Positions 17,440 to 26,349 of a DNA stretch of 41,400 nucleotides are shown piece after piece. Numbering within the stretch: position 1 is the first letter of the stretch; each line of letters begins with the position of its first letter. Source of the stretch: a virus (lineage: Duplodnaviria; Caudoviricetes); the IMG/VR virus record IMGVR_UViG_3300046795_000005, positions 1-41,400 of that record; one strand, 5' to 3'. The position numbers and the translations under genes are program-made. The notes under the pieces were generated by a model, which worked only from the letters and a program-made list of their open reading frames with translations, ran no database searches and was not told the DNA's origin.

Positions 17440-17590
17440 TCAGAACTACCTGGATGACGGTGACAGATAACTCGCCGCTTGGTGTTACCACCACAGACAC
17501 CTTGTGAGGCTGACCTGTCTTGGCTTCCGCATTGACGAGCTCGCGGCCTGCTGCATAGGCCGCCTGCTCCAATATCTTGCGTTCGTTCAT
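17432..17590 (-). CDS. Hypothetical protein (52 aa, MNERKILEQAAY...), not in ORF track
   Basis: Translated by hand; GGAG RBS; stop overlaps next start. Confidence 0.65.
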   Translation of the reverse strand: MNERKILEQAAYAAGRELVNAEAKTGQPHKVSVVVTPSGELSVTVIQVVLNE

Positions 17591-17613
17591 TCGCATTCTC
17601 CGGTCGTTGCGAT

Positions 17614-17649
17614 GTTGTGATTATCGCAACGCCGTGATGATAACGCAAC
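17614..17649. promoter_or_regulatory. Tandem operator-like sites after portal
   Basis: GTTGTGATTATCGCAAC (17614) and CGTGATGATAACGCAAC (17633). Confidence 0.7.
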
Positions 17650-19316
17650 TACGCCGGCACCACGCCGGGAGCTGCTGACCGCTCTGCTGTGCCTGCGATA
17701 GCCTGGGCGCTCGCCAGGTCCTTGGCTGCGCTCGCCGCAACCGGGGCCGCTGCCAGTACCTGCTGGGCCTGCGCTGCCATAGCCTGCTGCTCGTCGATGG
17801 CCTCGAGCTCCTCGTCGCTGTACTGTGCCTTGGCCGGGAAGCCGTTCACGTCCAGCAGTATCTTGGTCGCCTCGTCCATGTTGATGCGCTTGAACGCTGC
17901 CTCTGGCCCGATGACCTGGGCGAGCGGTGTCAGCTGCTCGAACGCCCGCAGGATAGCCACACCCTCACCGGAGCGGCGAGCTAGGGCCAGCGGGTTCTGA
18001 TACTCGACGGCGTAGATGCCACCACGCTCCAGCAACTCATCCGGCATCGGCGGCAGCACCCCGGCAGCGGCCAGGATGTCGATCTCCCGTTCAACCATCG
18101 GCGACAGGAACTCAGCCTCAACCCGGGCAGCCGGCGGGGCCAGCAACGCGCCCTTCTCCTGCGCCCGGATCAATGCCTCGGTCGCGGTCATGTTGGGCGA
18201 CTCGACCAGGATGCTGAACAAGGTATTCCACAGCGCCTCTTTGACGACGCCGCGCTTCTGGTCTCGCATCTCCAGCCCGATGTCGATGCGCTGACCGAAC
18301 TGCATCGGCTGCACCATCTGGCGGCCATTGTCGTCAACGCCGCCGTAGTTGATAGCGGCAGGGGTCAGGCGGATGGCATCGAGGATCCCGTCCTTGTGGG
18401 CCAGCAGCGGCGGCAGGGTTGCGAGCTGGGCGGCCTGGATGGTGGTTCGCTCCATTTCGTTGAGCATCTTGATGTCAGGCAGGACGGTCATAGCCGGCGA
18501 ACGGCCGTAGATTTCCTGTGAGGTGACGGAGTAGCGGCCAACGGCGATGGGGAACGTGCGATAGCCGCCCTCTGACACGATGGCGCGGAAGTCAGGGGCA
18601 ATGACGTATGACGCAAACTGCATGCCCTTGAAGTCCTTGCGCCACGGCTTCAGATCCTCGTTCGGCTTGTAGCAGCGAATGAACTTGAACTCAGTCTCGG
18701 GCCGCTTCTCGGCTGCGTCCTTGATGGCCTGTGGCAGCTTATCGAGGCCGAACTCGCGGGCAGCTTGGCGGGCAGTCATCCACTGCTCGCGATGCACCTT
18801 GTCCACGATGCCGAACTCGTTCTCGGCCATGAACAGCTGCTCGATGCCTATCGAGTCGTAATAGATCCCCTTGCCCAGCCGATCGCCGATGAACAGCGCC
18901 ATGGTGCCGGCCCAGCCAAGGTCGTAGTAACACTCAGCAGACTGCGGGGCGAAGTTGGCGCCGTAGCGGGCAGCGAACAGGCGGCGGTTCACCTCGTCGA
19001 GATAGCGCTGCACCGCCTTGTTGTCGCGCAGCTCCTCATCGACAGCCCGCAGCGAGTGCCAGGTCTGGTTAGCTGGTGACACCAGCGACTGCACGGCAGC
19101 GGCAAAGCGGTCGAGCGCCAGCCCTGGCGTCGAGTCGAACACCCTCTCGGTGCGCTTCTCGCCCTTGTTGGTATCGGCTGCCTTCTGGCGGCGAAACTCG
19201 TTCTTGCGCGGGATGACACGCTCGGCCACCTCGCGCCAGTGGTCCTCGAATGTCTGGCGCTGCGTCACCATGCGCGCATGCTCAGACAGGATTTGATCGG
19301 CGCGAGAGTCGGCCAT
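17649..19316 (-). CDS. Portal (head-tail connector) protein
   Basis: 555 aa; FDST, E-x-YGRSPA...LPD-x-K-x-LN, MTATE motifs. Confidence 0.93.
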   Translation of the reverse strand: MADSRADQILSEHARMVTQRQTFEDHWREVAERVIPRKNEFRRQKAADTNKGEKRTERVFDSTPGLALDRFAAAVQSLVSPANQTWHSLRAVDEELRDNKAVQRYLDEVNRRLFAARYGANFAPQSAECYYDLGWAGTMALFIGDRLGKGIYYDSIGIEQLFMAENEFGIVDKVHREQWMTARQAAREFGLDKLPQAIKDAAEKRPETEFKFIRCYKPNEDLKPWRKDFKGMQFASYVIAPDFRAIVSEGGYRTFPIAVGRYSVTSQEIYGRSPAMTVLPDIKMLNEMERTTIQAAQLATLPPLLAHKDGILDAIRLTPAAINYGGVDDNGRQMVQPMQFGQRIDIGLEMRDQKRGVVKEALWNTLFSILVESPNMTATEALIRAQEKGALLAPPAARVEAEFLSPMVEREIDILAAAGVLPPMPDELLERGGIYAVEYQNPLALARRSGEGVAILRAFEQLTPLAQVIGPEAAFKRINMDEATKILLDVNGFPAKAQYSDEELEAIDEQQAMAAQAQQVLAAAPVAASAAKDLASAQAIAGTAERSAAPGVVPA

Positions 19317-19325
19317 AAATGCCCC

Positions 19326-19541
19326 TTAGCTGCCGAGCAGTGTTTGTGATGCGACAGAGCCAGCGGTGCCGGCATTGGTGCCCAGCCCACCAGCACCTGA
19401 TGTCAGGTCGGTGGCCGCTCGGCCCTTGCGGCGCTTCATGAGGTCGGACGCTTGACGGTCGACAGTGCCCTGGTCAACAACGGGCAACGGCGCCGGGGCT
19501 TCGACCTTCGGCATCTTCGGCTTTGAGAATAATCCGCCCAT
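19326..19541 (-). CDS. Small virion-associated protein
   Basis: MGGLFSKPK-x-P...RRKGRAAT-x-LT...TLLG pattern typical of the gene before portal. Confidence 0.75.
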   Translation of the reverse strand: MGGLFSKPKMPKVEAPAPLPVVDQGTVDRQASDLMKRRKGRAATDLTSGAGGLGTNAGTAGSVASQTLLGS

Positions 19542-19554
19542 GGTGTGCTCCTAG

Positions 19555-21057
19555 TTAGAAAATGGAATAGTCAGACTCTGCCTGGCGTGGCATGTCAGAG
19601 GTATCCCGAACAGGATACGCGAAAGTGAGCGCAAGTGAATCAGCCCGGTCTGGCGATTTGATGCCGCGCCCCTTGGCCTTCTCCTTCGATTCCATCAGCA
19701 ACTCGCCGCCGCGGTACTCGTACTGGAGTGCCGTCAGGTCGGTGGCGAGCTCTGGGTCGTTGGGCAGGGACACACCAGCTTTCACCCAGTCGCGCATCTG
19801 GCGCCACATCCTGGCCCGCAGATTGTAGTTCTGGCCGTCCGACATCCGCAGGCTTGAGTTCACATCCTGCACGATGCGGCCGAAGTCACGGCGCAGCATG
19901 TCAGCCACGCCGGAGCCGATGCCGATGGTATCGACGGCAATCTGTTCCGGCTTCACCCGCCAGGCAGTGATGGCATCCTTCACCCGGCCAGCCACATCCA
20001 CCACGTCACACTGGCCAAACACGATTTGCGGGTAGACAACCCTGCCCTGCCGGAACGTGATGCAGCTCTTGTCGTCGCCGAAGCGGGCAACGTCCACGCC
20101 CACCAGCAGCGGACCCTCTGGCCGCACATCGGCTGGGCCCTGGCGCATGCCGGCTGTGACGAACGAGCCCTCGATCCAGGCGTTGGTGACTGACGCGGTA
20201 TAGTCACGGTCGATCTCGGCGGCGACGATGACGGGATCCAGCGTGGCGACCTGGTGCTCGTACCAGGCTTGGTCTTTTCGCGGATCCGACTTCCAGTCAA
20301 ATACGAAGACAGGGATGCGGCCACCATGGCGCTTGCGGTAGAAGGCGTTGCCCGCCCCGTTCGGGGTGCTCACGTCGACCTTGCAGTTACTCGTTTGCGA
20401 TAAAGCGGCGTCGATGGCGTCGGCGTGGTCGTAGAAGGCTGACTCATCCTTGAAATAAATCGATGTGCGGTTACCACGACCGATGTTGTCCCCGCTCTCC
20501 CCGACGATGGCAGAACCGTTCTCTGTGTTGATGATCCGCATGTACGGAGCATGGGCCCGCTCGTTGTAGCCGCGCGGCCTGAACTCAACCGGCAGGCTCA
20601 TGATGATCGCCCGTATCTTCCAGAACAGCGACTTGGGGTCGCCTATCTTGTCGACGTACTCCTCTTTCCGAGAACCGAAGCCCACGACAGTGCCAGGGCG
20701 GAACAGCCACATCCAGACAGCGAAGGCGCAGCAGAGCCAGGACACGCCCATGTCTCGCGACTTCTCGGTCAGCCCATCCTCGCGGGCCAGCCAGCGATCC
20801 TTTAGCCAGTTGATGTACTCAGCCTGGCGTTCGAACAGCATGAAGGGGACGTATGACTCGAGGCCGCGCTCGGCGTTTCGCGGGTCGAAGGTGGTCATCC
20901 AGTCGGTGATGAAGTTGACCGGGTTCTCTGCGTAGTAGGCTTTGACCCCAGCCAGCAGCGCAGGGTCAGCTCGCAGCTTCTTGAGGCGTTCAATGCGGGC
21001 CAGCCAGATCGGCTCATAGGCTGGATGGCGGAAATCGAAATTGGCTGGGGTGGTCAC
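19555..21057 (-). CDS. terL: Terminase large subunit
   Basis: KSRDMGVSW Walker A region, FKDE Walker B, STPNG, GVDVARFGDD and SPDRAD nuclease motifs. Confidence 0.95.
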   Translation of the reverse strand: MTTPANFDFRHPAYEPIWLARIERLKKLRADPALLAGVKAYYAENPVNFITDWMTTFDPRNAERGLESYVPFMLFERQAEYINWLKDRWLAREDGLTEKSRDMGVSWLCCAFAVWMWLFRPGTVVGFGSRKEEYVDKIGDPKSLFWKIRAIIMSLPVEFRPRGYNERAHAPYMRIINTENGSAIVGESGDNIGRGNRTSIYFKDESAFYDHADAIDAALSQTSNCKVDVSTPNGAGNAFYRKRHGGRIPVFVFDWKSDPRKDQAWYEHQVATLDPVIVAAEIDRDYTASVTNAWIEGSFVTAGMRQGPADVRPEGPLLVGVDVARFGDDKSCITFRQGRVVYPQIVFGQCDVVDVAGRVKDAITAWRVKPEQIAVDTIGIGSGVADMLRRDFGRIVQDVNSSLRMSDGQNYNLRARMWRQMRDWVKAGVSLPNDPELATDLTALQYEYRGGELLMESKEKAKGRGIKSPDRADSLALTFAYPVRDTSDMPRQAESDYSIF

Positions 21058-21215
21058 GGCAGCGCCAGCCAGTGCTGGATGGCGTAGACGATCACCACCC
21101 AGGCCGCGCCATTCAGTGCCAGCAGCGACCAGAGCAGCAGCGGGCTGTGCTCGTCAGGGTGTTGGGTTCTGGCGGCCCGCTTCTCTCGTTCTGCGGCCAG
21201 GTTGATGGGGGTCAT
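21054..21215 (-). CDS. Small membrane protein (53 aa), not in ORF track
   Basis: MTPINLAAEREK...LLLWSLLALNGAAWVVIVYAI; overlaps both neighbours by 4 nt. Confidence 0.65.
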   Translation of the reverse strand: MTPINLAAEREKRAARTQHPDEHSPLLLWSLLALNGAAWVVIVYAIQHWLALP

Positions 21216-21403
21216 GCACCACCTCTGGCTACTGACTGAGGTGATGCCACCAGAGTTACGTGATACGCATTGCCATCATGCACCATGTAGCCAGAGGTAA
21301 TGGCCTCCGCCCGGTGTAGATCTTCCACTTCACGAGTGGTTGATGCCATCAGGCCCACGGTCACGATGACCCCAACCAGAAAACCGATCATAGCCTCTCT
21401 CAC
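21212..21403 (-). CDS. Small protein with N-terminal TM/signal anchor
   Basis: 63 aa; coupled to terS stop. Confidence 0.65.
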   Translation of the reverse strand: MREAMIGFLVGVIVTVGLMASTTREVEDLHRAEAITSGYMVHDGNAYHVTLVASPQSVARGGA

Positions 21404-21903
21404 ACCTCACCCCCAGCGCCCTCGAGGAGCTTCTTGTATGCCTCACTGGGCTCGATGGTTGCGGTGGACTGAATGGGCGGCAGGTCTGATGCGCCGCCGA
21501 TGGCAACCTTGTCGCCCCACTTCTTCGGGTTCCACTTGGCTAGCAGCTTGAGGCGGGTTTCGACGCGGTTCTTTTGCCAAGCAACGAACCCGGCATCGAC
21601 CTTATCGCCATGCTCTGTTGCTGTGCGCTCAGGGATCTCGTCCTGGATGAGCAGCGCATCAGTGATGATTATCTCCTCACCAGCCTCACGCGCCCGCGCG
21701 ATTCTTCCGGCAAGTTCTGGCCTCGCCTCGCACCAGTCGTACCAGGTGCTCAGACCTACCCCGATGTCACGACAGACTTTCGCCAACGGCTCACCATTCG
21801 AGACTTGCTCAACGATGGTGTCGGCCTTCTCCTGCGTGTAGGTAGATTGCCTTCCGCCTGGATTTTTTGCCTGTGGTGTAGCGTTTGATTTTTTAGTTCC
21901 CAT
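21400..21903 (-). CDS. terS: Terminase small subunit (Sf6 gp1-like)
   Basis: GGR-x-S-x-YT, GEPL-x-x-VC HTH, R-x-x-LLAKWNPKKWGDK; start placed at ATG 21903. Confidence 0.88.
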   Translation of the reverse strand: MGTKKSNATPQAKNPGGRQSTYTQEKADTIVEQVSNGEPLAKVCRDIGVGLSTWYDWCEARPELAGRIARAREAGEEIIITDALLIQDEIPERTATEHGDKVDAGFVAWQKNRVETRLKLLAKWNPKKWGDKVAIGGASDLPPIQSTATIEPSEAYKKLLEGAGGEV

Positions 21904-21904
21904 A

Positions 21905-21941
21905 GTTGCGTATTTTACAATCCCCATGTGATTTCAGCAAC
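21905..21941. promoter_or_regulatory. Tandem operator-like sites over the terS start region
   Basis: GTTGCGTATTTTACAAT (21905) and CATGTGATTTCAGCAAC (21925). Confidence 0.6.
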
Positions 21942-21956
21942 AGCACCGGCACAAAA

Positions 21957-22070
21957 TCACCGCTCCTGCCAGATTGCCCAGGCTGCCGGGGCGACGATGA
22001 ACAGCAGGAAGGCCAGACACTCGCCGACGAGTGGGTCGTTGAACAGCCACAAGCATATCAGATCGAACAT
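21957..22070 (-). CDS. 37-aa hydrophobic peptide, not in ORF track
   Basis: MFDLICLWLFNDPLVGECLAFLLFIVAPAAWAIWQER; AAGGAG RBS; operator-like site at 22082-22098. Confidence 0.65.
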   Translation of the reverse strand: MFDLICLWLFNDPLVGECLAFLLFIVAPAAWAIWQER

Positions 22071-22098
22071 AACAGCTCCTTGTTGCGATTTTCCCATC

Positions 22099-22325
22099 AG
22101 GGACGGTTAGGGACGCAGGGACACCAGTTTCCATTTAGGGGGATCGCGTTTTCGCGGGTGTCCTTACGCGGCCGCCTTCTCTTCCATTCTATATAAATCA
22201 CATCTTTATATAATAAGTGTCCCTACCGTCCCTACCGTCCTTTGTATTGATAATTCAATGACTTACGCAAGGGTCACATTAGGGACACTAGGGGCACCTT
22301 TTCGAAGGCAGGGACACTAGGGACG
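22099..22325. repeat. Probable replication origin with AGGGAC iterons and AT-rich core
   Basis: AGGGAC at 22099, 22109, 22117, 22281, 22310, 22319 and inverted at 22219, 22228; AT-rich 22186-22216; directly downstream of primase-helicase. Confidence 0.7.
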
Positions 22326-24653
22326 CTAATATGAAGGATTTTTCTTTGGAGTGAGCAATTGGCGCACTCCATTTGCCTTTCTGCTGCGCTTGCCGTTGCA
22401 CGCTCGAATGACGTGCGCGGCTCTTGTTGCCTCAGATTGCGTACAAGTGTCCCTGCCCAAAGAGGTCAAAATCTCTGTGGCAGAACGCCATTCCCAATCC
22501 CATTCGTCCGATCCCCAGAGCAGCCGATTGCGGATCAATTCCTCGATCGGGTCGATGACTTCGAAGTCCTTATTGTGTGAGTTGAGTGCTTCCATTTCGT
22601 CGGCAGTGAGGAACCAGCCCTCGCCCTGGCAGTAGAGCGCGTAGACCTGGGCCCAGCACTGCTGCATGTCGATGGTGTGGCTGTGGTCAAGCGCCTCGCA
22701 CTCGATGGTCCAGTAGCGCCGGTTACCCGTGGGGTCGTGCAGAAACTCCTTGGGGTTCACGCTGGCAAAGAAGATGGTGCGCCTGGCGAACTCGCTTTCC
22801 TTGCGGGCATAGGCTCGGCGGAACACGTCCTTATCCCGGGTCAGGAATGCCTTGAGTGCGGCGATGTCTGACTTGCGGAACGTGGCATCGAGCTCGCCCA
22901 GCTCCACCAGCCAGTTCGAGACGCACTGTTTTACGCTGTCTCGGTCCTCCGGGCGCAGGATCACGCCGTCCTGCAGCACAGCCAATTCCTCTGGCACCAA
23001 CGATTTGAACCACTTGGTTTTGCCGAGGTACTGGTCGCCCTGAAACACCAGCACGCCGTGGGCTGATACCCCGTGCGGTCGGAATGCCCCGGCCACAGCG
23101 GAGAGCATCCAGCGGGTCAGAAATGCCCGCTTCATGGTACGCACGTTCTCGCTGGTGGTCTCGCCGGTAGCGTGGACGGTGGCGATCAACTCACTCAGCC
23201 GGTCGTGACCGTCCCATGCCTTGGAGGTGATCCAGCTCGCTACAGGGTTCCACTGGTTTCGCTCGGCCAGATAGGTGACGTAATCACCGATGTTGCCGGT
23301 GGGCATCCGGAACTTGGCAGCCTCGCTGGTGATCCAGGCCACGGCCGCGTTCTGCCGGTTGTCCATGGAGAAGCCGAGGCCAGGGATAAGGATCTCCTCG
23401 TCCTTGGAGATGACGTTGTACCGAACGATGACCCCGAGGCGCCGGGTGATCTCGGCCAGGTTGCCGATGGTGGACAGCGGCTTGCCCTTGTCGGTCACGT
23501 CCACCAGCCAGGAGGTGTAATCAGTATCCGATCTCGTGGAGGCTGGGACGCTGGGCACGTTGGATCCCGTCTGCTCTGCTATCTCGTTGTGCTCGATGGT
23601 GGGTTCTGGTTCTGGATCGGCTGCTGGTGGCTCAGGCAACTCGAAGCAATCCGCCACCGCCTGCAGCCCCTCGGCCAGGTGCAGGTCGTTGAAGTCGGTG
23701 CCTTTCTCTCGCTCGCCATCCCAAACAGGTAGGGCGATATGAGCGCCTATTGCTCTGGCTGTAACGGCGGCAGCTACCCGCCCAGCGTTCTTGAACAGCT
23801 TAACCCTGCCGCCGTGTGTAACCTCGAGATAGCGGATCCCAAACGGATCAAACTTCTCTGCTACCTCATAAGACTCGATATTGTTTTCTGCAGCCCACTC
23901 ATCAACCCTGTCATCCAGCCAGCAGTCATCATCTGCGCCAATAAAAATTATTGCCTCCGGCATCGCCGCGCGGATCTTCTTGGCCACGGCCTCGAGGTTG
24001 CCGGCGGAGAACGCCACGACAACGCAGTAGCCTGTCGCAATGTGGACAGAGACGGCGGTCGCGTAGCCCTCGCAGATAACGATGTGCCCCGTCTTGGATG
24101 GCTTGCCGATCACGGTGTAGGCGCCGGCTGACGGTGTGCCGGTCAGAAACTTGCGGGCGCCGTCCTGCTGGATGATCTGCAGGCCGACCAGTTGGCGCGG
24201 GCCGTGGTACAGCGGAACCAGCAGCATCTCGCGCAGCATGCGGGCGCCAACGCCTGGGATGTGCTTGCGGCTCAGGTAGTCGTGCTGACGTTCCGTTGCA
24301 TCGTGCGCAGCGTCCCACATCTTGGCAGCCTTATCTGCGGCGCGCTTGTGTAGTTCTTCCTGATCGCGTTGGCGCTGCTCCTCAAGCGCGCGCATCGTCT
24401 TGGCCCATTCGCGCTTTTGCTCTGGCGTCCATGGCTCAGACTTACCGGTCCACGTTGCATCAACGCCGCTGCGATAGTCACCGAAGCGGCCTGCTGGGCG
24501 CTCGTCATCATGGAAAACGTACCAGCCGCTATCATCGCGCGCCTTGCCGTTCGATGAGAAGCGCTCGATTTTGCCGCGGTACGGGATGATTTCACTTGGT
24601 GGGGTGATGCCTGCGGCTGCGATGGCTTCGCGGAACTCTTCAGAGGCGCTCAT
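22326..24653 (-). CDS. Primase-helicase (Toprim + VirE/VapE-type P-loop)
   Basis: ICEGYATA, ADDD, TDFNDL Toprim motifs; G-x-Q-x-x-GKT, ELGEL, DPTGNRRYW helicase motifs. Confidence 0.92.
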   Translation of the reverse strand: MSASEEFREAIAAAGITPPSEIIPYRGKIERFSSNGKARDDSGWYVFHDDERPAGRFGDYRSGVDATWTGKSEPWTPEQKREWAKTMRALEEQRQRDQEELHKRAADKAAKMWDAAHDATERQHDYLSRKHIPGVGARMLREMLLVPLYHGPRQLVGLQIIQQDGARKFLTGTPSAGAYTVIGKPSKTGHIVICEGYATAVSVHIATGYCVVVAFSAGNLEAVAKKIRAAMPEAIIFIGADDDCWLDDRVDEWAAENNIESYEVAEKFDPFGIRYLEVTHGGRVKLFKNAGRVAAAVTARAIGAHIALPVWDGEREKGTDFNDLHLAEGLQAVADCFELPEPPAADPEPEPTIEHNEIAEQTGSNVPSVPASTRSDTDYTSWLVDVTDKGKPLSTIGNLAEITRRLGVIVRYNVISKDEEILIPGLGFSMDNRQNAAVAWITSEAAKFRMPTGNIGDYVTYLAERNQWNPVASWITSKAWDGHDRLSELIATVHATGETTSENVRTMKRAFLTRWMLSAVAGAFRPHGVSAHGVLVFQGDQYLGKTKWFKSLVPEELAVLQDGVILRPEDRDSVKQCVSNWLVELGELDATFRKSDIAALKAFLTRDKDVFRRAYARKESEFARRTIFFASVNPKEFLHDPTGNRRYWTIECEALDHSHTIDMQQCWAQVYALYCQGEGWFLTADEMEALNSHNKDFEVIDPIEELIRNRLLWGSDEWDWEWRSATEILTSLGRDTCTQSEATRAAHVIRACNGKRSRKANGVRQLLTPKKNPSY

Positions 24654-25345
24654 GCTGCACCCCCGACTGCGTTGCAGTTGGCTGCGGCCAAGTGCGGTGC
24701 ATTGGCAAGAAATACCGCTTGAGCGAACCCCTTCGGCGTGGCGCTGCGTATATTCGCGCGCTCCTCACTGGGTGGGCAGACGTGGATCCTGTTGTCAGGT
24801 TTACCAAGCGATTCATCGCGGAACGGCTCAGGCATAACGAACCCGCCGCCAGTCCATAAGCAGGTGCGCTTGGTGTAGTTGTCATTTGCGCAGTGACCTG
24901 TGAAGTCGTGCGGGTGGAAGAAATGATCCGGTTTGCGCCACAGGCTGGATATCTGGCTCACTGGGTTTTCAGCGAACCACGGCGCCCCTGACAATTCGCC
25001 GATTAGCTGACACTGCCAGACAACGTGCATGGCCTTGAACTGGAATGCAGGGTCTGCCTCGCGCTTGCTTCTGAACCAACGGGCCCCGCTCACGGCAAGA
25101 TCGGTACAAGGTGGAAATCCTGCCAAAAAAGCAACGCACCCTGACTGGATAGCTTCTCCTATCACCTCCCATGTCACCGGGTGATCGATGATGTGACCAA
25201 CCTTTGTCACCAGCCCTTCGACGGTGATGCCGGCAGGGTGCTGCGGGTCGACCATGATGCAGTGATAGCCAGCAGAAACCCATGGCTCTGCCATGTGGCC
25301 GGTGATGTCACAGAGGAAGATGGCTGTACCTTTATTGAGGCTCAT
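24650..25345 (-). CDS. Short phage-type DNA cytosine methyltransferase-like protein
   Basis: FPPCTDLAVSG (motif IV), ENPV (VI), YTKRTCLW, RSATP-x-GFA. Confidence 0.75.
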   Translation of the reverse strand: MSLNKGTAIFLCDITGHMAEPWVSAGYHCIMVDPQHPAGITVEGLVTKVGHIIDHPVTWEVIGEAIQSGCVAFLAGFPPCTDLAVSGARWFRSKREADPAFQFKAMHVVWQCQLIGELSGAPWFAENPVSQISSLWRKPDHFFHPHDFTGHCANDNYTKRTCLWTGGGFVMPEPFRDESLGKPDNRIHVCPPSEERANIRSATPKGFAQAVFLANAPHLAAANCNAVGGAA

Positions 25346-25560
25346 ACGGCAGCCTCTCTCTCAGTCCAGTCGCCGATGGCTTGGCCGCTTGGCACATCAG
25401 CCAGCCGCAGATAGGGCCGGTATTTGTGCTGGGGGAGTTTCAGGAGTTCTAGGCAGGCTGCGCACTGCACGCAGATGTGGACGGTGCTGTCCGGTAAGGC
25501 GCGGCGGACATAGACGCGCGCGCCGGTGTGATTGCAGTCGTTCAATTTTAACGCCCTCAC
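25342..25560 (-). CDS. Hypothetical Zn-binding protein
   Basis: CNH...CAAC; overlaps next start. Confidence 0.55.
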   Translation of the reverse strand: MRALKLNDCNHTGARVYVRRALPDSTVHICVQCAACLELLKLPQHKYRPYLRLADVPSGQAIGDWTEREAAV

Positions 25561-25621
25561 CGCCCGCAGAGCAGGTCCGCGAGCGGCTGTGATTGTGATG
25601 GGAGTATCAGTCTAAGGCTGT

Positions 25622-25638
25622 GTTGTGAAAATCTCAAC
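25622..25638. promoter_or_regulatory. Operator-like palindrome
   Basis: GTTGTGAAAATCTCAAC, intergenic. Confidence 0.65.
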
Positions 25639-25651
25639 GCTCTTGGCGTGG

Positions 25652-25807
25652 TTATGGGGCCTGACGCTCGATGCGGCGCTCGTCGATTTCATCCCAAAAT
25701 GAATCCAATTTGCCATGGTTAAGCCCATCGAACCACCAGTGGCCGCCGGTCCATTCCGCCACAAACCATTCATCTAATTTAACCCAATAAAACCCATTAT
25801 TACGCAT
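25652..25807 (-). CDS. Trp-rich hypothetical protein (51 aa), not in ORF track
   Basis: MRNNGFYWVKLDEWFVAEWTGGHWWF...; AGGAG RBS. Confidence 0.65.
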   Translation of the reverse strand: MRNNGFYWVKLDEWFVAEWTGGHWWFDGLNHGKLDSFWDEIDERRIERQAP

Positions 25808-26349
25808 TTGCATCTCCTACTATCATCCCGGTAACTCCAAGCCCCCCGCCTGGCAGGTCCTCGGCAATATCCAACTCCTTCCACGCGCCAAGGCCAGTGA
25901 ACGCACGATCCACCCATCCCTCCGTTGCCTCCTCGCCGGTCGTGGCCACCCAGGCCAATGTCAGCAGGTGTTTGCGGTTCACCTCGCGGCGCATGAAATC
26001 CATATGCCGCTTGCTCAGTGCCTGGTGGATGTCACGCTGGCGCACTGGCCTCCCCAGTAGCCACGGCCTCGCCCTTGATGTACTCGGCGCCCTGCTCATC
26101 CCGACACAGCGCATAGAGGCCTATTTTCCACTGCAGCGCCGTCTCGCTGACCGCCACTGCCTGCACATGGTCGAGCATCTTCTCGCGTCCGGTGGTGCGG
26201 TTGAGCACGACAACCTTGGGCGTGATGCCTGCGACGAACACGATCAGAAAATCGCGGGTGATGCGGCGGGCAATGTCGCCCATAAGGCGGACTTGTCTGG
26301 CCTGCTCTGGTTTGGTCAGGGTGCGCGGTGTGTGCGAACGGATGGTCAT
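25800..26349 (-). pseudogene. Hypothetical gene split by a one-base frameshift near 26050
   Basis: ORFs 26032-26349 and 25800-26114 join to about 182 aa if one G is removed from GGGGAGGCC. Confidence 0.6.

Noticed and set aside
17436-17648. 70-aa ORF from the track
   Set aside because: Overlaps operator sites; the alternative frame 17432-17590 has an RBS and a more protein-like sequence
22099-22325. CRISPR-like array
   Set aside because: Repeats are 6-10 nt, irregularly spaced and in both orientations
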